NCBI RefSeq assembly: GCF_006345805.1
Contig: NW_021834932.1
Span: forward strand, 1 to 58,499
From: Octopus sinensis
Lineage: Eukaryota
Reading direction: 5' to 3'
DNA length: 58,499 nucleotides
Both the position numbers and the translations under genes were made by a program. Positions 51,875 through 58,499 of this stretch are shown one piece after another; position 1 is the first letter of the stretch, and the number at the start of each line of letters is the position of its first letter. A model generated the notes under the pieces. The model saw only the letters and a program-made list of their open reading frames with translations, made no database searches and was not told the origin of the DNA.

Positions 51875-52242
51875 GAGCAACCCCCCCTCCTCCAATGGAC
51901 AGTGCTGAGTTGTCAAACATTTAAACCAAATTTTCTCAAAACAACTTGTCCGACCGTCCCATAGGCATCCCCTTGGAGAAACACCGATTTAACCAAAATT
52001 TGAGACACCAGCAAAAGACGGATTTCGATTGATATACTTGCACGTACAAATGCACGTTCCCATGGCTTTATCGATCGCATTCTCACCTGGAATCAAATTT
52101 TGTAATTTTTTAAAGACTTATACACGCCCTGATACCGTCAGTATCTACATATCAAATTTGAGTGCAATCGGATGGAGGATGCCCGAGATCCTATAAGACA
52201 CACACACACACACAGACAGACAGAACAGATTTTATATAATAG
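51875..52242 (+). mobile_element. HINE-like non-autonomous element
   Basis: 3' caaatttgagtgcaatcggatg...acagacagacagaacagattttatataatag end. Confidence 0.45.
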
Positions 52243-52286
52243 CTATATATATATATATATATTATATATATATATATATATATATG

Positions 52287-52762
52287 GAGGAAAAAAGAAA
52301 ATGGGGAAAAAAATGGATGTATGAATAATTTATTTGTAGGTTATAAAAATGATGAAAATTTCTTTTAAAAAACATAACTACAAATAAATTGATTACAAGT
52401 TGTAAAGCTCAAAAAATAAAAGAAAAGAACATACATATATACTTCAGTCCTATTGCCCAAGCATTTGGTTAAATGCTAAGAAAGGTATCATATTCTTAGT
52501 ATATGAGGTAGGACTTAAGCTCATAATTAACCCTAAAGAAGTCTTACTCCATATCGCTAGAATATAATACCTTTCTTGGCAATTAACCAAAGTGCTTAGG
52601 ACTGAAAAATATTTGTACGTTCCTTTACTTTATTTTTTGAGCTTTACAACTTCTAATCAGTTTATTTGTACGATTATGCTTTTTAAAAGATATTTTCATC
52701 ATTTTATAACATACAAATAAATTGTCCATACATCCATTTTTTCCTTCATTTTCTTTTTCCTT
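52287..52762. repeat. Diverged fold-back inverted repeat (~230-bp arms, ~22-nt loop)
   Basis: For example ttgtaaagctcaaaaaataa versus ttattttttgagctttacaa; centre ggactt..aagtct at 52511-52545. Confidence 0.85.
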
Positions 52763-53675
52763 CAATATTAATAATATATAATTTTAATAATCCCTAACGT
52801 ACACCAGTGACTTTCGCATTATATGATAGAGATTAAACCAGTAGAATATCTTGGATTATATAATCCCTAATGAGGATATAACTTCCTCGAATTAACTATA
52901 TATGTATATATATTCTTTTATTCTTTCAATTGTTTCAGTCATTTGACTGCGGCCATGCTGGAGCACCACCTTAAAGAGTGCTTTTAGTCAAAAATAAGCA
53001 ACCCCAGGACTTATGATTTATAAGCCTAGTACTTATTCAATCGGTCTCCTTTGCTGAACTGCTAAATTATGGGGACGTAAACACACCGACACTGGTTTCA
53101 AGTGATGGTGGGGAGGCACAAAGACACATACACATAAATATATAGATATAAGGGCTGCTTTCTGGAGTTGCGATTTCACTGGTATCAGCCTTTGCCTTTC
53201 CTTTGGATAACATCAGTGGTATGGAGAGGGGAGGATGGTATGCATGGATGACAGCTGGTCTTCCATTAACAACCTTGCTTGGACTTGTGCCTCGGAGGTG
53301 GGGGGGACTTTCTAGGTGTAATCCCATGGTCGTTCATGATTGATAGTATCGTGGGGGGAGGATCTCCTCCTCGTTGCTTGGGCTCCTTTAAGCATGTATT
53401 TAAAGCCAAGTGCTACATATTAGATTTGTATAGGATTTGTAAGGAGATCACATTTGAGTAATAATCTGCACTTAGTTGAAGGTTTACTTAGATCTATTCG
53501 AAATTTCTTATAAGTTTGTTATTGGGAGAGGTTAGAGGTTGGTTATTTAGGGTGGGGAAATTTAGCAGGCATCATCGCCAGAAGGGATAACAAGGTGCCC
53601 AGTCGGACATTATAACAGTTTTTGTCAATCTACTGCCTTCGATAGATTGCCTATAACAGGGGTCTCTGACCACCA

Positions 53676-54296
53676 TGAATTTAAGTCCCACCGCTTGAAG
53701 GATAAACTGGGCAATGAATTAAATCCCACTGCTTGAGGGATAAACTGGGCAATGAATTTATGTCCCACTGCTTGAAGGATAAACTGGGCAATGAATTTAT
53801 GTCCCACTGCTTGAAGGATAAACTGGGCAATGAATTTAATTCCCACTGTGAGGGATAAACAGGGCAATGAATTAAATCCCACTGCTTGAGGGATAAACTG
53901 GGCAATGAATTTATGTCCCACTGCTTGAAGGATAAACTGGGCAATGAATTCAATTCCCACTGCTTGAGGGATAAACTGGGCAATGAATTTAAGTCCCACT
54001 GCTTGAGGGATAAACTGGGCAATGAATTTAATTCCCACTGCTTGAGGGATAAACTGGGCAATGAATTAAGTCCCACTGCTTGAGGGATAAACTGGGCAAT
54101 GAATTTAAATCCCACTGCTTGAGGGATAAACTGGGCAATGAATTTAAGTCCCACTGCTTGAGGGATAAACTGGGCAATTAATTTAAATCCCACTGCTTGA
54201 GGGATAAACTGGGCAATGAATTTAATTCCCACTGCTTGGGGGATAAATTGGGCAATTAATTTAAATCCCACTGCTTGGGGGATAAACTAGGCAATG
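53676..54296. repeat. 39-bp minisatellite, ~16 copies
   Basis: Unit gaatttaagtcccactgcttgagggataaactgggcaat, with some 37-38 bp variants. Confidence 0.95.
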
Positions 54297-54784
54297 ACTA
54301 ATTTCCACCTCTTGATTGATAGGATCTGAACTCAGAAAACAGATCCGGAATCTCAACCACCCCATCAAGATATCCGCCCACCCTTACTAACTAACACCAG
54401 CCATGTGGTGGCTGCAATACTTTTTACCCGTAAGATATCTTCCATTTGCCACCCACTAAGTCACTTGAAACATAATGAATTACATAAGCCTTACGTGTAT
54501 TATAATCATGGTACCCTACCTCCCATCCACCCTGGTGGTGGTTGAGGTGGTGGGATACCTCTACATAGCCACCTGTAATATATTAAACTACATAGGTTTA
54601 TCTGACAATGTGGAACCAGGAGTCTGGGTGGGGTGGGGTAGGAGCGAGGGGTGGGGAGCAGGGTAGATATGCTGTTGTCTTGGTGCAGTAGAGGTGGGTG
54701 GCAGTGCAAAAACAGCCACATTCACAGACATAGGCAGGAGGCATTCAATCGTTTGGGAATGAAAAGAATTCTTGAGATATCTTG

Positions 54785-55182
54785 GCTGGTGGTGGTGGCG
54801 GTAAGGGGGAGAGGGGGAGATGAAGTGTGTGGTGGTGGTGGCGGTAAGGGGGAGAGGGGGAGACGAAGTGTGTGGTGGTGGTGATGGTGATGATAGTGGT
54901 GGTGGTGGCGGTACGGGAGAGGGTGAGACAAAGTGTGTGGTGGTGTTGGTGATGGTGGTGGTGGTATGGGAGAGGGGGAGACGAAGTGTGTGGTGGTGGT
55001 GGCGGTATGGGAGAGGGGGAGACGAAGTGTGTGTGGTGGTGGCGGTGGTGGTGGTGGGTGGGCGGGGGGGTGGGGTGGGGGTGGAAGGCAGGGTGAAGAA
55101 ATCAAAAGCAAAAAAAAAAATATCTAACTGTAAAGAAGCGGATTAGCAGGTGCTTGTTATCATCACCGCCTTTGCCACCACC

Positions 55183-55214
<32 letters not shown>

Positions 55215-55875
55215 CAGCAACAACACAACCATCGTCGTGGGTTTCTTCGTTTACCTTTATCATCATCACTGCCATTGCCACAGATACCATCACCTTTATC
55301 TCGGCTTTCATCACCACCACCACCAAAATCCGTCCCCATCCCCGTCACTAACATCAACAACATCACTATCATCATTACAATCACCATTGCCATCTCCATC
55401 ACCACCACCATCATCATCCCTATTGCCATCATCATCCTCTGTCATTCCCCCCATCCACTACTACTACCAACTCCACCACCACCACCACCATCACAGTTAC
55501 TACCATCATCATTATCCCCATCATCCCCCCCACCACTGTTATTACCAACTCCAACACCAACATCCTACCGTAATCTGCACCACCATCCCCAACCAGCACC
55601 AACACCACCGCACCATCACAAACATCACCAATGTCAACCATTACATACATCCCCACCATGACCATCAAACACTAGCACTAACACTGTCGCCATACCACCA
55701 CCATCATCATCACCACCCCCACCATCATCATCATCATCATCATGATCACCCTATCTCTACAGACATTGCTACCAGCATCATCATCATCATCATAACCATC
55801 ATCACCATTATTAGCATCACGTCGTCGTCGTCATCGTTATCCTCACCATCGTTATCACCATCCAGACGTCGTTAG
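54785..55875. repeat. (GGT)n/(CAC/CAT)n low-complexity tract with ggagagggggagacgaagtgtgt units
   Basis: Directly visible; source of the His/Pro/Thr ORFs. Confidence 0.85.
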
Positions 55876-56884
55876 TCAGTGGTGCATGCTGACGATAATG
55901 ATCAGAAAGTTATTTTAATAATGAGAAAAGGGTAAGAAAAAAACAACAACAACAAAAAAAACAAAAAACACAAACAATATATAAAAAGTAAAAAAAAAAA
56001 AAGAAAAAGAATAACTAACAATGTTTCCATGGTGATGATGGTATGGCTAGCTGGTCTGTGGTGGGGGTGCTGGTGGTAGAGGTGCGCATTGAAATATATG
56101 TGTGTAGATATATTTATCCACTCATTCATTAAGACAGAAACATAAAAATTAGGTATGTGTAATTGTATATTAACAAAAATGTATACACGCCTGGGTGCAA
56201 TGGACATCTATATCTTCCTCACACATACATACATATATATATATAATATTGATGTACGTGTGCACACTTGCATGTATACACACGTGTATATGATATGTGG
56301 TTTGCGTCTGAAGAATATGTGAGCTATCTTGACATCTGAAACTATTAGTAGCATTTTAATACATGCATTGTGACTATTAAATATTGTGTGTGTGTGTGTG
56401 TGTAAGCAATTATTAAAGGGTTGACCACCTGGAAATATTTTTATAAATTGACACGTTCTAAGAAATTTCCTATAACTTCAATTTCTCAAGTTTATTGAAA
56501 TTTTTAACTCCAATTTCTCGCAAATTTAAATATTCATTGCATTCACTGTGTCCAATTCATCACAAATTCAAATATTCATTGAATTCACTACGAATTATTC
56601 CATTTTCATTTGCAAAGTCTCTCACTTTCCATTTTAATGTTGTCATTTCAAGTTTTAATTCGCTATTTGGAAAACCAACAGTTTATTCTATTAATGTATA
56701 AGTAAAAACATTATTTATTGAATGAAAAATTTTTTTAAATACCCGTATAATTTTTGTAACAAAAATTTAAAAGTGATTTTGTTGTTATGGCTGTTTGGAC
56801 TGATTTTGGCCATTTTCCTTTTTAACTTAAACACCATTGGTAAAAAAAATAAATAAATAAAAAATAAAAAGTTGTAAATATTTT

Positions 56885-57545
56885 CAGGCAATGACTAGTG
56901 ACCGAGACCTTTGGAAATATGCTGTGCGTGAGAAGACCTGGCAAACCAAGTAAGACCATAACCCATGACCGATGCCAGGGGCTGACCAGCCCATTTATGT
57001 GTACCTTTCCTTCATTGGACACTAAACTGCCTGCGAAGATCTGTTGAGGCAAGTGAAAATGAAATCGAAATCAAATTCGTTGACAGCACTGCATGACTGG
57101 CATCTTTGCTAGTAGAGCGCTAAGAGCACCATCCGAGAGTGATCATTGCCAGAGCAGCTGACTGGTATCTGTGCCAGTGGCACGTAAAAAGCGCCATTCA
57201 AGTGTAATCTTTACCAGCGTCAACTCACAGGCACGTGAAAAAATAATTCAAGTGAGGTCATTGCCAGTGCCGCTGGACTGGCTCCTGTGCAGGTAGCACG
57301 TAAAAAAACTACATTTGAGCATGGCCATTGCAAGTACCACCTGACTGGCCCTCGTGCCAGTGGCACATAAAAGCACCTACTACACTCTCAGAGTGATTGG
57401 CATTAGGAAGGGCATCCGGCTGTAGAAACTCTGCCAGATCAGATAGGAGCCTGGTGCAGCCATCTGGTTCGTCAGTCCTCAGTCATATCGTCCAACCCAT
57501 GCCAGCATGGAAAGCAGATGTTAAACAATAATGATGATGATGATA
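56885..57545 (+). mobile_element. Family E RTE 3' fragment
   Basis: Homologous to 11966-12670; (GAT)n tail. Confidence 0.85.
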
Positions 57546-57675
57546 GGGTAAAAAATTCAAGGGAGGTTTCACTGTTGCTTCTAGCACACCTCAAACCACC
57601 CTCCCTTTTCACTATCATGTACTGATGCTTTTTTTCAATATTTTTCTCCCATTAAACACATTTTATGGAATAAGT

Positions 57676-57847
57676 GCAGGAGTGGCTGTGTGGTAAGTAG
57701 CTTGCTTACCAACCACATGGTTGCGGGTTCAGTCCCACTGCGTGGCACCTTGGGCAAGTGACTTCTACTATAGCCTTGGGCTGACCAAAGCCTTGTGAGT
57801 GGATTTGGTTGACGAAAACTGAAAGAAGCCTGTCGTATATATGTATG

Positions 57848-57891
<44 letters not shown>

Positions 57892-58091
57892 TAATCCAAA
57901 CAAGAAAGCACAAAAAAATACAACAATGCAAGGACGTGGAACAAATATAGTATTATTGGACGCTCAGGAAGAAAGGAAAGAAGGAGGGTTTAACGTTTCG
58001 AGCGGAGCTCTTCGTCGGAAACATAGGAAAAGGGAAGACAGAGGAAAAAAAAAAATCGCCAATGGTACACACGGGGTCACATATATATGTG

Positions 58092-58138
<47 letters not shown>

Positions 58139-58225
58139 GTAAGTCCTGGGGTCAATTTGCTCGACTAAAGGCGGTGCTCCAGCATGGCCGCAGTCAAATG
58201 ACTGAAACAAGTAAAAGAGTGAAAG
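57676..58225 (+). mobile_element. Family A SINE with a PLE-associated hammerhead repeat (57885-58080, minus) in its TA tract
   Basis: Head at 57676, tail at 58140-58225; minus-strand 57988-58022 GTTT CCGACGA A GAGC tcc GCTC GAA ACGT T AAAC. Confidence 0.85.
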
Positions 58226-58499
58226 AGAAGTAACACGCGCGTGGTCTATTGGCGGAATATAAGCAACAAAATGAATTGTAATCTAAATTTTTACCCCCAC
58301 CTTCAATCAAGCAAAGCCGTATGTGTGTGTATGTGTGTGTGTGTAAGAAAAAATATTTCCTAACTAAAAACTATGCTATTAAAATGAATTATCGCTTACA
58401 TAACTCCTTTTTTTTTTTTAAATCACTTTGGATAAATGCCAGCAATGACCTGAGGCTCTCTAATATTTAATTTCTAAACAGAAACAATTGGGGTCTGGT

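Noticed and set aside
55150-55875. 241-aa His/Pro/Ser ORF
   Set aside because: Low-complexity CAC/CAT repeats.

Overview
Eukaryotic, AT-rich, microsatellite-dense DNA made mostly of interspersed repeats. The repeat families look like those of Octopus; the species assignment is an inference from recalled SINE, RTE and PLE sequences. No complete gene is present and nearly all listed ORFs are translated microsatellites. The best gene evidence is one minus-strand exon (3196-3332) with strong splice sites that encodes a signal-peptide-like MQLLFTVLFILGLAFQSFV followed by a phase-1 intron. The rest comprises four tRNA-derived SINE families, RTE LINE 3' fragments and internally deleted derivatives, piggyBac-like and other MITEs, Helitron-like non-autonomous elements, and decayed Penelope and hAT fragments. 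The most striking hidden structure is a set of minimal type-I hammerhead ribozyme motifs of the Penelope-associated kind, about 8 foldable by eye and from at least 5 distinct families. One family is fused behind a tRNA-derived Pol III head, giving a SINE-like tRNA+hammerhead element that recurs in inverted arrangements. Others sit at the arm/loop boundary of long fold-back repeats. There is also a 36-bp x ~50 minisatellite grown inside a SINE and a 184-bp x 4 head-to-tail SINE multimer. All folds and homologies were judged by eye.
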